DNA of 64,000 nt from Callorhinchus milii (GCF_018977255.1 NW_024704743.1:28584001-28648000), one strand, 5' to 3'. Counted from the first letter of the stretch, positions 25,486 through 39,571 are shown. Notes: generated by a model from the letters alone, not told the origin. Made by a program: numbers and translations.

Positions 25486-26050
25486 AGGTCTTATGTTTTA
25501 TAACTAGGGGTATAGAATATAAAAACAAAGAGGTAATGCTAAACTTATGCAAATCATTAGTTAGACCGCAGTTAGAATGTTTTGCCCAGTATTGGTCACT
25601 CCAGTTTAGGAAAGATGTCAGGGCGATTGAGGGGGTGCAGATGAGATTTATTAGGATGATACCAAGGAGGCGTAGTTCGAAGTATGAGTGGAGACCAGAG
25701 GAACTGGAACCTTTTTCCCCTGGAATAAAGAGATTTGAGGTACAGACCTGACCTGATAGAGGTCATTAAAATTGTGAGGGATTTTCATCGAATCAATAGC
25801 GAGAAATTATTTCCACTGGTCAGTGAGCCAGTAACTCGAGATCAGTTAATAAACAAGCACATTTTTTCCCGCACAGTTGGGTGAGACAGATTCCATATTG
25901 GCCTTCAAAAGGGAACTAGATAAATACCTTAAAAAAAGAGGTACAGGAAAATGGCAAGTAAATGGAACTGAAAGGATGTCTCTTGAGGGAGCTAACACAG
26001 ACACGATGGGCCAAATGGCCTTCTTCCGTGCTGTAAGTTTCTATATTTCT
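25486..26050 (+). mobile_element. CR1-clade LINE 3' fragment; further decayed CR1 pieces at about 45900-46010, 47330-47590 and 60510-60780
   Basis: ITRGIEYKNKEVMLNLCKSLVRPQLE..W..FRKDVRAIEGVQMRF and a 3'UTR with gatgggccaaatggcct. Confidence 0.85.
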
Positions 26051-26837
26051 ATGGTTCTATCTAGTGTATTTTGAAGCAGCATCAGTTTTGGACGATAAAT
26101 ATGTTAGAACATATTATGTAACTATTCTCCTTTATGTTTAAATGCTGCCGGAAACTACACGTTTGTTCAATTCACAAGAAGGAAAAGCTGCTTTATTGAT
26201 AAGCTTCCTAACCATGTATCATTAATGTGCATTTCACTTAATTTCTTCCAAGTGTTTAATTGCAGTAGCTTGGGATACCCCCACCTCCACATCATAACAC
26301 CTACATTTATGTAGCCTTTTGTACAAGGCTTCTTCCTCGTTTCTGCATCTGTGTCCTATATTCACCACAGCACAGACTGCACGTTTGACAACCACTTCCT
26401 GGCAAACATCTGCAGAGTTTGTGATCCCCTCCCCCCCCCCACGCACACACAATTTCCTTTACAAATCACCACTCCCTCCTGCATGTTGTGATCCACCTAG
26501 GCCGTGATTCAGCACCCCTTCATTATTGAACACAGAATAAGGGGTTTTCCTATTAACTCCAAGTGACCTTTAAGCTGCCCAATGTTAGCGGAAAAAGGTT
26601 ATGCCACAGATGCGTCAATATAAGCCAGACAAACTGATAACATTTACTATGATATGTTAAGATCTTGTCAACAAAATCAAATGGAATCCAGTAAGTATAA
26701 TGGTAGCTGATGATTAAAGATTTGTTAGAAAGATAAACAGGAAAGCTATTGAGAAAGGCTTGATATACGAGTTAGTAAAACATTCCTGCCTGACATTAAA
26801 TGAAAGTTTTTTTTGGTAATGAAAAAAAATCTAAAAC

Positions 26838-27030
26838 GATAATAATAATAATCCTTGCATTTGATATAGTGCATTATCACATCTTCGAGATGTCTCAAAG
26901 CGCTTCACAGGCTATACTGTAAAGTGTAGTGACTGTATGTTTTGTGGGCGAAACACGGTAGCCAATTGCGCACAGCCGTGTCCCACAAACAGTTGTGGAT
27001 TGAGTGACCAAATTCTTATTTAATTCTTGA
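26838..27030 (-). mobile_element. SINE 3' half
   Basis: Core and tail present. Confidence 0.85.
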
Positions 27031-27554
27031 CAGGATTATGATAGGGGATAAATAATAAATTCTTGCATTTGACGTACCATTTTATCACATTCTTAAGATG
27101 TCTCAAAGCACTTCACAAGTTTTAAATAGTGTTTAAGATGCTGTTTCATATAAATGTAACAACTTTCACTTAATTTCCAATCAGTTATGGTTTGTAAAGT
27201 TTTCACCTAAAACATGCTATATAAATGCAAGTTATTGGAACTAAATAGTTTCAGTCTGCATCACTGAGGAATAACTGAATCTCTTTCAACGTCTGCTATC
27301 TGTTGTGTGCCTCGTCTACCACATCCTCCTCTTCGCTCTCCTATCCCTCACTTCACCAAATTCCTCCCCTAAACCCAATGTACACTCCTCTCTCCCACAC
27401 CAAATTCCCGCCTACACTCTGTAGTTTCTCCCCTGTCTCCATCAGATTTATCTTCTGCTTTGAGGTCTACCAACTGCTCCTAGACTCACTGCCATTTCCT
27501 GTTTACAGATCTACTTTGTGGAAAAAGTTATTCTGCAAATCAGATCAAGTTTAA

Positions 27555-27915
27555 GACAGTTGGTCTCACATTCAAATGCCTCTATGTCTCATGGTGCCCT
27601 ACCTCTGTGATCTCCTATAGCACATTGTCGCTGTTGCTCTCTTTGCTCAGCGTGTACCAGCCCGCTTCATGCACCCCAACTCTATCCGGCCCCATCATCG
27701 GCAAGCAGGCGTTCAACCAGGCATTCTGTCCCCACTCTCTGGAATTCCAATTCAGAGTCTCTCTGACACATTCATCTCCTCCCTTCCTTCTTTTAACGCA
27801 AGTCTCAAACATATCTCTTTGACCGCACTTTCGGTCAACTTTCCCCTCCGCCCAGCTCCCATCCCCAACTTGGGTGCCCATCTGGCATTGTTAAGCCCCT
27901 TGAGATGCCCTCCTG
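27555..27915 (+). mobile_element. Old L2 3' fragment
   Basis: Decayed IGKQAF..LWNS motifs. Confidence 0.7.
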
Positions 27916-29545
27916 TTAAGTCTTTAATTTCATAACCTGTTGTTCTGAAATCAAAGCCTCTGATCATTTGTCATCTGCTTAATTTTCTATTTCCAAAATG
28001 GTTTTAATCCAACTCACCAGTCATGAACCTTTAATATTTTCAAATGACCGGGAAATTCCAAGTTATGTCTAAGAGCAGCTATATTCTCTGTACATTTTCA
28101 GTTGCCATCTTGTGATACTGACCCGCACCCTAATATTACACAAGTAAAGCTAATAAAGTGACAGGTGTAGCTTCATTGTTATATTAGCTCCATAAAATCC
28201 AAAAGTAGTTTAAGCATTTGCAGTCCATGTGATATCATATAGTGTGGGCTGGAGGCTGACACGTTTCCCCATTCTAGTGAAGTGTGAGAAGGCAGGCCCT
28301 TGGCATTGCGGCTTGTTACTTACATGTCATCAAAATCCTTTTGAAATGACTTTCCAGCACAGCACATATACCAGTCAATGCTGCCTGGAAAGCTTCAAAT
28401 TCCAACCAATGCTGCTGCTCTTAAAGGCTTGTTTGGACTCTCCCTGAGGTGCCAAACACCATTTCAAAGTTCAGAATACAGAACATAGTTAAAGTTATGA
28501 CTGCCTACGACTGCCAGATAACAGGATAATATATTTTTGGATTGCTTGTTTGCTAGAATTCCAATATTCCCTTAAATAGCAGTCACCACAAACCTATGTC
28601 AAGGGTCAGACTTCATTGGTCTTTACCATTTAGAAGGGTATTGGAGAGACAATCTACATTCCATTCGATGTGATAAATATCACCTGATCTGTAAATTTCT
28701 AATGTAATTCTGCTCACTTTAACTTCCACTTTTTTCCAGTTGGTCTTCATCCATTCTTTAACTTTCTTATTTTAACTTACTTATTTGAAGTTTCCATTTG
28801 CAGCTGAACTTATTAACTTCAGTCATGTTCCGTATTCTGAACTTTGAAATGGTACTTGGCATCTCAGTGAGAGTCCAAACAGGCCTTTCAGAGCACTAGT
28901 GTTGGTTGGAAATTGAGGCTTTCCAGACAGCATTGGCTGAAGTATTTGCTATGATGGAAAGTCATTTCAAAAGGATTTTCAGTGACTCAGTAGCTTGGCG
29001 CAGCATTCAGGAATGCTTTGGCTCTTTGGTCACGTACCAGGAAGTGTGTTTTTACAGATTATTTAAAGTACCTTGTCCCTAAAAATGACAGAAAAGATTT
29101 GTATTCAAGAGGTGACTGATGCATTGTTGTGGAGAGCTCACAGGCTCATCCATTTCCACAACAGAGTGTAGAACCCAGTTGGTGAAGCAGTAACAATTTA
29201 CACCACAGCCTTATGCAGTGTCTACATGTGCAGGTATATGGGTACCACCAATTAACATCAATATTTACAATAAGAACTGCCTTTACTTCACTATGCAGAT
29301 GCTCTGAAAAGGATCAACAAAAGCAACTTGCATTTATATAGTGCCTTTCTTGTACAAATAACATCTCAAAACATTTGACAAATGTAATGATGCATCTGAT
29401 CTTAGAAATAAGAGATTTAAAGATGTCGACCAAAGATATGGTCAAAGACACGTGATTTTTGGACGTTTTCAAGGCAGGCAGAGAGGTAGAAAAAGCAAAT
29501 TGTTTTTTGAAGAAAGTTGGTGAGGATACGACATGTTGACTGAGA

Positions 29546-29792
29546 GCTCTGGAACTCCATCCCACGGTCCCTTCGCCCCGCTTTCTCCCTTGCCTCCTTC
29601 AAGGCCGGTCTCAAGACCCTTCTCTTCGACCGTGCCTTTGGTCTCCCTCCCACCTCTCTGTCTTCCCTCACCCCTACACTACCCCTCCCCCATGCTCGGG
29701 CCCCGACACCTGACTGTTCAGCGCTTTGAGACGTCCTTCCGACGTGAAAGGTACTCTATAAATGTAATTATGTTGTTGTTATTGTTGTTGTT
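29546..29792 (+). mobile_element. L2 3' end
   Basis: LWNSIP..LKTLL and tail. Confidence 0.85.
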
Positions 29793-30799
29793 GTATGTCC
29801 CTATACCCATAGTGAATGTACAGTAACACAGCATATGCCTCTTTCATCTCTACTCAATCGCATTCATCTAACCTTCAGGATTCATATTTTCACCTGTACT
29901 TAAAGGGACTGTAACAAATAGAACAAAATTGGATATGGCAATGTATATCAATTTTTTAATGTTTTAATGATTCACCCATTAAGATCATAGATATTTGCTT
30001 TGATATTCAAGTTCCCCAATACTTCTGATTTTTTATATTTATTTGCCTCATATTTATGTACAGCAATTTCTGATTTTCTCAACAAAACAACCTTGGCGGT
30101 TTAACAGTTTTGATGGGACTGTTCTAAAATAATGCTCAGTTATGTTATCTGTATACATGTCACAGAGGTTTTATCAAACACTAGAGGGAACGTGTGAGTT
30201 ATTCTTCCAAAAATAGACTAGATGGCAAAACAACAAGTGGACCAATCATAACACAATGACAAAAGACAGAAAGAAATATTTATTGCAGCCAATACTGATC
30301 CATACAAGAAAGATTTACGTAGTTTCAATAAAACCATTTGAAACATGTACACGTACACATCATATTGCTATCCCTTAACCACATTCTCATGTCTATTGGT
30401 TCTTTGGGCTTCTTAGAGAAATGTTTTGGCCAGTGGTATAAAGACCATAAATTTGCACTGCTTTATTATTTAACAAAAACACTACTTCCAGACGGATGTT
30501 TATACAGTATGTGAAGTAAAAGTCAAAAAAGTCTATGATATGATTTTGTTTAATCTTAAAAATAACTTTGAAAATATTTCACACATGTCATATTTGACCT
30601 ATTTGCTTATCTTTGCTTCTCATAAATACTGCTTCTTTTTCAGTTTCTTTATGAAACAAAGTAACTCTTGGGTAACTAAGGATATTAAGGAATAAGGAGA
30701 CCGACAGGGAGCTGGAATTAAAGAAAGTTGCTATAGATTTAATGGCTGAGAAAACTCAAGATGCTTATATCTGTTCTGATGTACCTATCTTCCTTGCTA

Positions 30800-31240
30800 G
30801 ATAGGCTCCATTGACTCCCTGTTACAGAATGGATCAAATTCACTTGAGGATCTTGAATTTAATCTACAATTTGACCTACAAATGATTGCATGCCCAAGTA
30901 TCTCCAACCTGCTCATACCCCACTCCTCTATCCACCCCTTTGTTTGACCGGCTTGTGCCTTCTGCACATTGCCCGACCCCTCTGCTTCGCCATTGGCAGC
31001 CGTGCCTTCAGCCAATGTGTCCTGAACCTTTGGAACTCCTCCTTGCCTCAATCCGTCTGCCTTGTCCTCTCTTTACCTGACTTAAAATTGCACCGGAAGA
31101 CTGACCTCTTAGGCTATGTCTCAGGCTTTCCTCTTAGGTCACCTCTCCTTCCTCACTGGTTGGGTGTCAAACTCCGTCATTGTTCAGTGCTCCATTACAG
31201 CACGTGAAGGTCGCTATATAAATGCAGGTTGATGTTATTG
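30800..31240 (+). mobile_element. Old L2 3' fragment
   Basis: IGSRAFS..LWNS and decayed tail. Confidence 0.75.
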
Positions 31241-31409
31241 AACTGCTACTGTTCACATTTGTCTTTGCTGTTTTCATGTTTACCTGGACTAAACAAAACA
31301 AGGATATTCAGCAAAAATAATCACAAATACTGTTACTGTCCAAATCTGTGAAGAAAATACAAGATTATATTTATTTTCCTGTTGCTTGAAATAAACTGCT
31401 TATTTTTCT

Positions 31410-31620
31410 AATTATAATAATAATAATCCTTGCATTTGATATAATGCCTTATCATGTAGTTGAGACATCTCAAAGTACTTCCCAAAATATACTGTGAAGT
31501 GAATTGACTGTATATTTTGTGGATGGAACTCAGAGGCCAATTGTGCACAGCAGTGTCCGACAAACAGTTGTGGATTGAATGACCAAATTATTATTATATA
31601 TATTTTTTTTGAAGGGATTT
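31410..31620 (-). mobile_element. SINE 3' half
   Basis: Core and tail present. Confidence 0.85.
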
Positions 31621-32724
31621 CATAAATAAAAGTGTCTTTCTTCTCCCTGGTAGCATGTCACTATTTCCAATTTGGCATAATGTAACGTGATTCTATTTAC
31701 CTCCAAGGCTGAAGTCAAAATCAGAAAATTCTCCCACACGTGACACATTTCCATCCAAGGGGAACTCAAGCCCTTTCTCTGTGAATACATTCGTGCAGTA
31801 GGTATCTATAACAACAATTTACATTATACAGTCAGTATAATGTATAATGTAGTCATGTCAGCACTATGTCTGAAAGTGCAAGAGATAGTCTAGTGCTCTA
31901 GGTAATTTCATAATTTCATAATAACCTCAACCTGCAAAAGGGTTATAGACATATTATAAAAATCAGTTACATTGATAAACTTCTTGTATTGTTTGGAGTC
32001 GCCGATCTTCAGGTGAGACGTTTAAACTGAAATTCTATTCAGGTGGGTGTTGGAAGTCTCATGATGTTATTTGAAAACAGAAGGGAATTTCTTCCGGTGT
32101 CCTGGCCAAAAATTTCCAGATCCAGAAATCCTATTATATCTGAATTGGTTTGGGCAGTTATTATTAAGCTTTGTCATATAATAATAATAGTAATAATAAT
32201 AATTATCAGCATCCTTGCATTTGGTATAGCACCTTATCATATCATCGAGATGTCTCACAGTGTTTCACAAAATATACTGTAAAGTGGCATAACTGTGCAT
32301 AATGGATTACTTCAATCGACTGAATATCAGCTCAGGTGGTGTTTCTATTTTATGCCAGAAAATGGTTAATGTTGTGTTGAATCCATTTCGGAAAATATTA
32401 CTTAGCATTGCTGAGGTATAGGTGTGGTTTTGTGCCCAGTCTGCTATCTTTTGAATGGCACTAATTCGGCATAAAGTTACTGGCAGTCGGAAAATCCCCT
32501 CACCCAAGTGGGTTCAGAAAAACAGTTGCAAAAGGGGCGAAACCAAACTAAAAATGAGATCAATCGTAGTTAAAACATGAGAGGAGGGCGAAGAAAATAA
32601 AATGAAGAAGTGAGAAACTGAGTTTTGAAAGCATCTCACGGAATTGTTGTTAATAGATAACATGGTGAAGTCAGCGATTAGACCATTTCCAGGACAGGTA
32701 GATTCACGCTAAACATAGGCATGT

Positions 32725-32985
32725 AGATGTCAGCCTGACTCTGTTTGTAGCACTTGTATCTGCTGAGTCAGAAGGCTATGAATTCAAGCCATAGGTTGGC
32801 ACTTTGTGCTTATCATTTAGGCTAATGCAACAGTACACTGCTGGTGCGATGCTGCATTGTTGAGCATTCCGTCCTTCAGATGAAATGTTAAACCAAACTT
32901 CTGATGTTCAGTTGTACGTTAAAGATCCCATGGCACTATCTGAAAAGGGAACAGTTTCTTCTAGTGTCCTAGCCAACAGACAAAA
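32725..32985 (+). mobile_element. Older DeuSINE-like (SacSINE/AmnSINE-type) element; related decayed copies at about 37193-37510, 37975-38240, 32000-32290 (+) and 25190-25485, 33700-33950 (-)
   Basis: Motifs tgagtcagaaggctatg..ttcaag, ttcagatgaaatgttaaacc and gttaaagatcccatggcact recur in several copies. Confidence 0.6.
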
Positions 32986-33235
32986 TTAATCATTCGTCTC
33001 ATGGCTCATACTTCACAAGATTTTACTGTAGTCCAGTAACTGTATTTGTAGGCAAACGCTGCAGTCAATTGCGTAGAGCATTGTCCCACAAACAGCCATG
33101 AAGGGAATGACAATTTTACCTGTGAGATTCTAGGCTAAGTCACTGAGAGAAACTCCTTTCTCTTCAAAAAATAAAAACTGCTCTTTTAAACGTGTGTCTG
33201 AGGAGCTGAACATTCGCTTGCCAATTTTTTGGAGT

Positions 33236-33602
33236 GGAGTCCTGTAGCTCAGTGGTTAGAGCACTTGCGGCTCAAGCGAGAGACCTGGGTTCGATTCCCG
33301 GCAGGGCGAAATGTTGGGATAGTTTCCTTGCTCCACACTTCTTTGTTTGCCTAACAGTAAGTAGGAGCTCAGTTGTTCGTCGATTGGCAAGTCACTTTTC
33401 AGGGGGTAATAATTCCTTCAAAAAAAAATTGGTCATTTCAATCCACAACTGTTTGTGGGACACTGCTGTGCGCAATTGGCTGCAGCGTTTCGTCCACAAA
33501 ATATACAGTCAATGCACTTTACAGTATATTTTGTGAAGTGCTTTGAGACGTCTCAAAGACATGATCAGGCTATGTCAAATGCAAAGATTATTGTTATTAT
33601 TA
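33236..33602 (+). mobile_element. tRNA-derived SINE (long-middle variant)
   Basis: Same family. Confidence 0.88.
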
Positions 33603-34798
33603 TCCATCACCAGGTCACATACAATAATCCTTGCATCTGATATAGTGCCTTTCACTTTGAGAGGTTGTCTCAAAGCAGTTCTAGGATTTTTACTGTAGTC
33701 ACTATTTGTTTTGTAGGAGAATCTAGCAGCCCATTTGTGCAGTGTAATGTCCCACAAACAGCCATGAAGTGAGTGACCAATTTTATTTGGCTAGGACACC
33801 AGAAACTTGTCTTTTCAAATAGAGGGCCATTGAATCACCTGATGGGACCTCGGTTTAACATCCCAAAGGATGTCATCTCTGATAATTCAGCTCTGTCCCA
33901 GCACTGAATTGGAGTGTGAGTTTAGACTGTGAGTTCAAAGTCCTGACGTGGGATGCATGTGACACAATGACAGTTTCACAAATACAAGGGCTCATTCTGA
34001 CTTGAATTGCATCATTATGCCAAGTGAGCAAATAAAAAAAATCTTTTGTCAAAGACTGTGTCCTTTTGACCTTCAAGTATTCTCACTCATAGCACTGCAA
34101 CATCAGTATAGTTTTTATCAATACATAATAGAAGGGGAGAGGTTGCATTGGCAATATGATGGCAGTATATTTAGTGCACTTTAACGTTATATGTGGACCA
34201 AGATATTTCCCATCGTAAGTGCACATCATCAAAATGCACTAAACTTACTATATAGAATTTCTTCTCAAATTCATGTATGTGCACTTTATTTCAATAATAT
34301 GTGAACTTTGCAATAACGTGCACGTGCGTGTGTCTACTTTAAAGTATCTCAAACAGCTTCTCGTACCGCTCACACAACTGTTATTCTACCTCCCTTGTTG
34401 ACGTTTCAGAATAAGTTAAAATTGCCAGTAAGCCTTTGTCAGACAACCTTTGATTTTGTGGGGGAACAAATGTTTTAAAATAGCACACGGGGGAGGTGCT
34501 GCAACTATTTTATGACTAAATTCCTCCAGTTCTGCAACAAAGCAGTTCCGGTTTGTTATTTCCCTCACCCCTAGAAATTACAGCAACTTCTTGACTGAAA
34601 ACAACTTTTAGTAGTGTAAGACTTAGTAAGAGGCTCTTGATACATAATTAGAAGTCAGATACATCTACAGAGCCGCAAAATGTACAAGATCTCTGTGCTG
34701 TCCTTATGCTCTCTGTACTTCATCATATTATATAGTATGGTTCTAATGGTGACCATGCAAATCACTGTAACTGAGTGCTGGTCACATTCCTTTTTTTT

Positions 34799-34799
34799 N
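34799..34799. other. Single ambiguous base (n)
   Basis: Directly visible after a T run. Confidence 0.99.
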
Positions 34800-35274
34800 A
34801 AAGAGTTGAACTAAAGCATCAGTTGTTGTGTGTTCTAGTTATTTATGTATGCTTAAATTATTATTCTAAAATGAATCAGTAGTTCAGTTCTTGAGCTGGA
34901 AAAGAGGCAGAAATGTTCCAGTCTATGTTCACAATGACAAGTTACCTTCGATTTTGTATAAAAGTTCATGGGACAATGTGTATTGAATTTGCTGAAACAT
35001 TCCAAAACCAGTAATTGTCTGCAGTCCCATGATATTTCTTAAATAAGAAACTAATATTAATATTAAAAAGCATTATGTTACAAGCTTAGAAACTAATTAT
35101 TCGGGCAATGCAAACAGAATTAGACTCTGGACTTCTGTTTTTTATTTACTGAGGGATAGCTATTTTCGAACGAGCATTTTTAAATTCAAACAGCGGAATT
35201 TGTCAAGGAACAGTTTAAAAGCTATAGTCCACACCCTTGGAGAACTTTGTGTTCCAACTAAACTTAAAAAAACT

Positions 35275-35442
35275 TTGTCACTTCAATCCACGATTGTTTG
35301 TGGGACACTGTTGTGCGCAATTGGCTGCCGCGTTTCGCCCACAAATATACAGTCAATTCACTTTACAGTATATTCTGTGAAGCGCTTTGAGACGTCTAGA
35401 AGACGTGAAAAGTGCTGTATCAAATGCAAGGATTATTATTAA
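35275..35442 (+). mobile_element. SINE 3' half
   Basis: Core and tail present. Confidence 0.85.
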
Positions 35443-36892
35443 TCTTAACTAAATCAGCTCCAGATACAGTCTGACCCTGTTATAGCCCTGTTTGTTTTAT
35501 ATTATATATTTTGTTAACATTCTGGATGTTAAAGTGGTATTTCTAATATAGGTTTGGATGAAATGCGGAAACACTGTGAACCTGCAATTTTCTGAAGTGC
35601 GGTATATTTCCCGCTTCCACTGCTGACTGGCCAGTCTTCTGTACATGGCACACAGGAGCTTGGTGAAGTCTAGGGCCATACTGGCAATCCCAGAAGGGAG
35701 TTACAGAGCAAATTAGAATGGTCTTATTTTATAGTATGGAGATGAATTGCTATGTTAAAACAAAAATGCACCAATGTTACAGACCTAATTGCAACCCAAA
35801 TATTGAATTTTAATAAAACCAAACCAACTCCTATCTACTCTTGTTTTGTAACATTTGGATACTAACAACAAAAACACTGAGTGTATTTTATAAACACTGA
35901 GTGTAAATATAGCAATCAACTGTTACATATCACTTGAGAGTAAATATATTTCTAAGCTACAATGTTACCACAGGCATCAGTTTGACATGCTTCTCATAGC
36001 GTTTAAATCAAGGAAAACCAGAGTGAAAACAACTAAAAGCTACTCAACTGCTCATTCCCCTCATTCCCCTCTATAAAATATAATGAAAGACTATGATTGA
36101 AATAAAACATGCATTGATACAAATATCCAACTGAAATGTATTAATACAATGTGGTGGTAGGGGCCACAATATTAGCAGGGACACAAATGCAAAACTCATT
36201 TTTGAATGTTGACTAAAATATTCTACAATTTTTTGTTTTTGTTACACCCTCAGCTTCCCTTTTCATTCATTGTTCATATTGATATGGAAATGGGCGAATA
36301 AAAGCTGTGAACTAATTTCTACTCATCCTTTATCTTAAAAGGGAAATTACAAGAAAGAGGTGATGACACGTACAAAACCCATAAATAGTAGCTATTTTTA
36401 CAAGCAGGATGTCACTGTGCACTAGTTAAAATAATTATTCCTTTTTAATGCAATAGATATTCCTTCTAGTTTCTCAAAACACCCCCTCTGTTTACAGTGA
36501 TGGCTGCAACTGAAACTACAAGTGAAACTTATTGTAAGTCACATTGAGTAAGTTGACTGCTAAAATACTACATCAACTTAATAGTCTTTTCCAAAACTCA
36601 AACAAAACCGGGGGAGAAATTGGTCAAAAAAAGTACATTATACTAAAATAGAAACTGTGGGAAAATTACAAATAAAAGCTTATTATGGTTAAACCTGAAC
36701 GTCACTTCCAATATGAAGGCCTCATTCCAATAATATAATATATGTACAAAACCACATTACACTAATTGTAAGGAGAGGTTGAAAACAAGCAATTATCTCT
36801 AATAGTAACTAACATTTTGCTGGAAAACAATACAAATAGGATTTGAAGGCATTCAAGTCCACCTTGAGGAGAGAGTTGTGCCTGGACATTTG

Positions 36893-37110
36893 AGGCCTGA
36901 AATTCCACCCACTCACAACCTGTAAAATCATTTCATCTTAAAATGTAAAATTGTGAATACACGAGATTCTTAAATTCCGTCTTAGTTTAGAAATCATAAT
37001 TCTTAAAAAGAAACGTTTTGGAAAATAGACCAAATTTTAAAAAATTCTACAGTTTTGCAGTATTAATTTTTAAGAATAAATGGTCCAAAATGAGGTAGAA
37101 TTTCAGGCTT
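36893..37110. mobile_element. MITE-like element (218 bp) with 17-bp TIRs
   Basis: aggcctgaaattccacc ... ggtagaatttcaggctt (15/17 complementary). A related inverted copy lies at about 47885-48063. Confidence 0.6.
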
Positions 37111-38456
37111 ACATTCGTAGGCAGTGAAATTCAATTCAGCCTTCCCTTAGAAATGGTGCCTTTAGATGTTGGCCATTCAATTTCGCTATAAAGTGTCAGC
37201 CTGACTTAGTTGGTAGCATTTCATCTCAAATTCAGAAGGCTATGGGTTCAAGTCCCAAGTCAGGACAGGCAGATGGATGTCAAAGATCTCATGGTACTCC
37301 AGTATTCAAAAGAAAAGCAACTTTGTCCTGACCAATAATCCCCCAGATAAAAAATGGCCGGTCACTTTCTGGCTGTTTGTGGGACATTGCTGTGAGGAAC
37401 TGGCTGCCATGCTCACCTACAAAATGCACATTTACAGAAAAGCTCTGTAAAGATCTCAGAGACGTTTTGACATGATAAGGTGCCATATCAAATGTAAGAA
37501 TTATTATTTTAAGGGCATCTCAGGAAGCACTTGTAATTCGAGCTCGTCAGCCTTTAAAAGAGGCATCTTAGAGGAACCTTAAGGAGGTATATAAGATATT
37601 AAATGTGATTGAGAAAATAAACCTCGAACAAAAACTTCACATATGCCAAAACAGCCAGAGAAGAGATCACAGCTTCAGGAATTACCACTCTAACATCCAG
37701 AATGTTAACAAAATATATAGTGTATAAAAAATCAAATTCCTCACTGGGGCGGGACTTCAATACACAGCCTGAAGTGCAGAAATCTTCTCCTTTCAATCTT
37801 CAGAGATAACAACTGCATCTTTTAAGTCCTATGGGCTGTCAAAGGCTCTGTATTTGCATTCATATACTGTATATCTAAATGCATCAACCTTTTCACTACC
37901 TTCACTGTTAGTACAAACATTCCTATTAGGAGTTTTAATTAGAATTAATCTGGGGGTGTGCTGCTTTATTGTTAGAGATGGCATACTTCATATGAAATAT
38001 TAAACTGAGTCTGCCTGTTCAGGTGGACGTTAAAGATCTCATGGTACAATTTGAAAAGAGAAGGGAGCTTCTCCCAGTGTCCAGGTTAACAATCCCCCAA
38101 GCAAAATTGGTCATTCACTTTTCTGATTGTTTGTGGGACGTTGCTGCTGTGTTCACATTTTACAATATATCATGTGAAGCTTTGAGACGTCTTGATAACA
38201 TGAAAAGTTCATTATCAAATACAAGGATTGTTATTTTTTAAAAATGGGCTTCTTTTCTTTTTTAATTGATGGTCTTTTGCATTGTAGGTGCTCAATTCTT
38301 GTGTTTCCTGAGAGAAATGCCAATGGGTAAAGATACATAGGTTTGAGGAGACTGAGGTTTGAGTTGAATGCACAAGATCATGTCTCATGTGCCAGGGCTC
38401 TGATGAAAGGTCAATCACCCAATATATTAACTTAGCCAAATACTCAATACATTAAC

Positions 38457-38660
38457 AGAAAGCAAAGTACTGCAGATGCTGGAAATCTGGTATAAACACA
38501 GAAGTCGCTGGGAACACGTAGCAGGTCAAGCAGCATCCATTCTGCATTCATTCAGCATTCCACTTCAGATGAAAGGTCATAGACCTGAAACGTTAACTCA
38601 TTTTGCTCTCTCCATGGATGCTGCCTGACCTGCTGTGTGGTCCCAGCGACTTCTGTGTTT
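38457..38660. mobile_element. Minimal (204 bp) Penelope-derived foldback element with 15-17-bp TSD
   Basis: ~50-bp inverted repeats at 38491-38540 and 38614-38663, a hammerhead-like motif inside, and atactcaatacattaac at 38440-38456 and 38661-38677. Confidence 0.8.
38566..38599 (+). ncRNA. Degenerate hammerhead motif (U4 to A)
   Basis: CAGATGA-A-AGGTC ATA GACCT-GAAAC-GTT-AACTC. Confidence 0.55.
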
Positions 38661-38912
38661 ATACTCAATACATTAACTTAGCCAATTACCCAATACATTA
38701 ACTTAGCTAAATACTCAATACATTAACTTAGCTGTTTTTTCTCAAATGTTGATTGATTTGCTGTGGATTTCGGGCATTTTATGTTTTTCTGCATCTGCAG
38801 GTTGACATTTTTATTTCTTTATTTCAAACATCCTGTGACCTCTGAGCGTGAACACCCGTGGAGAATTTTGTGTATGTTTTCTTGTGTCCACAAGGTTGAC
38901 AGGGCCCAGTTG

Positions 38913-39571
38913 ACATAGATTCATACAGATAGAAGAGAAGAGACTTTTATTCCATAAATCTGGACTAGACCACGTCACAGAAGAGAAAGGCCCACATTCA
39001 AACTGATTGCACAATCCAGTCTTAAGCACTCTCCCTGCAGACTACACGCCTCCACAAAAAACACCCTGAGCTACTAAATGAGACTGCACACTTCCTGTTA
39101 CAATGTGTAGATTAGATGCATACTAATTATTTTAAAAAGGGGATTAGATAAGTGACTTAACACCTTCCAGGTTACTGACATTGAAGGAAAATTTGGTAGA
39201 GACCTGGGACTATCCTGTTGGCAGTTTTCAAAGGAGCAGAGAAAAAAGTCAGACGGTGAGCAATGAGGAACAAGGTTTGAAAATGATTTCTGACATTTAC
39301 CATCCTGATTCATTTTTCCTCAGAAGTTTTACAATCACGTGTCTCTTGTCGGTTTCCTTTAAACTTCATATTTAGCTCAACAATGCAATTGATCTGACTC
39401 ATTGCTCTTCATCATATAATTTCCCTACAAAATACACCAATCAACATAGATTCTTACAGACAAAAGAGAAGAGACTTTTATTCCAATAAATCTGGACTAG
39501 GCCAGGTCACAGAAGGGAAAGGCCAATGTTCTAACCGATTGCACAAACCAGTCTTAAGCACTTTAACTGCA
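38913..39571. repeat. ~120-bp direct repeat pair (38913-39039 and 39444-39571)
   Basis: acatagattc..agagaagagacttttattcc..aaatctggactag..tgcacaa.ccagtcttaagcact occurs in both. Confidence 0.85.

Larger units (their letters stand above)
38418..38733 (+). repeat. ~25-bp minisatellite (aatacattaacttagccaaatactc) interrupted by a mini Penelope-like element
   Basis: Units at about 38418-38456 and 38661-38733. Confidence 0.75.

Noticed and set aside
22501..32771. ARE-like motifs (atgactcggc at 22501; tgctgagtca at 32761) as NQO regulatory elements
   Set aside because: Short motifs expected by chance; the second lies in an old SINE head; no positional support.
38418..38733. CRISPR-like array
   Set aside because: Eukaryotic context; the units are tandem with no unique spacers.
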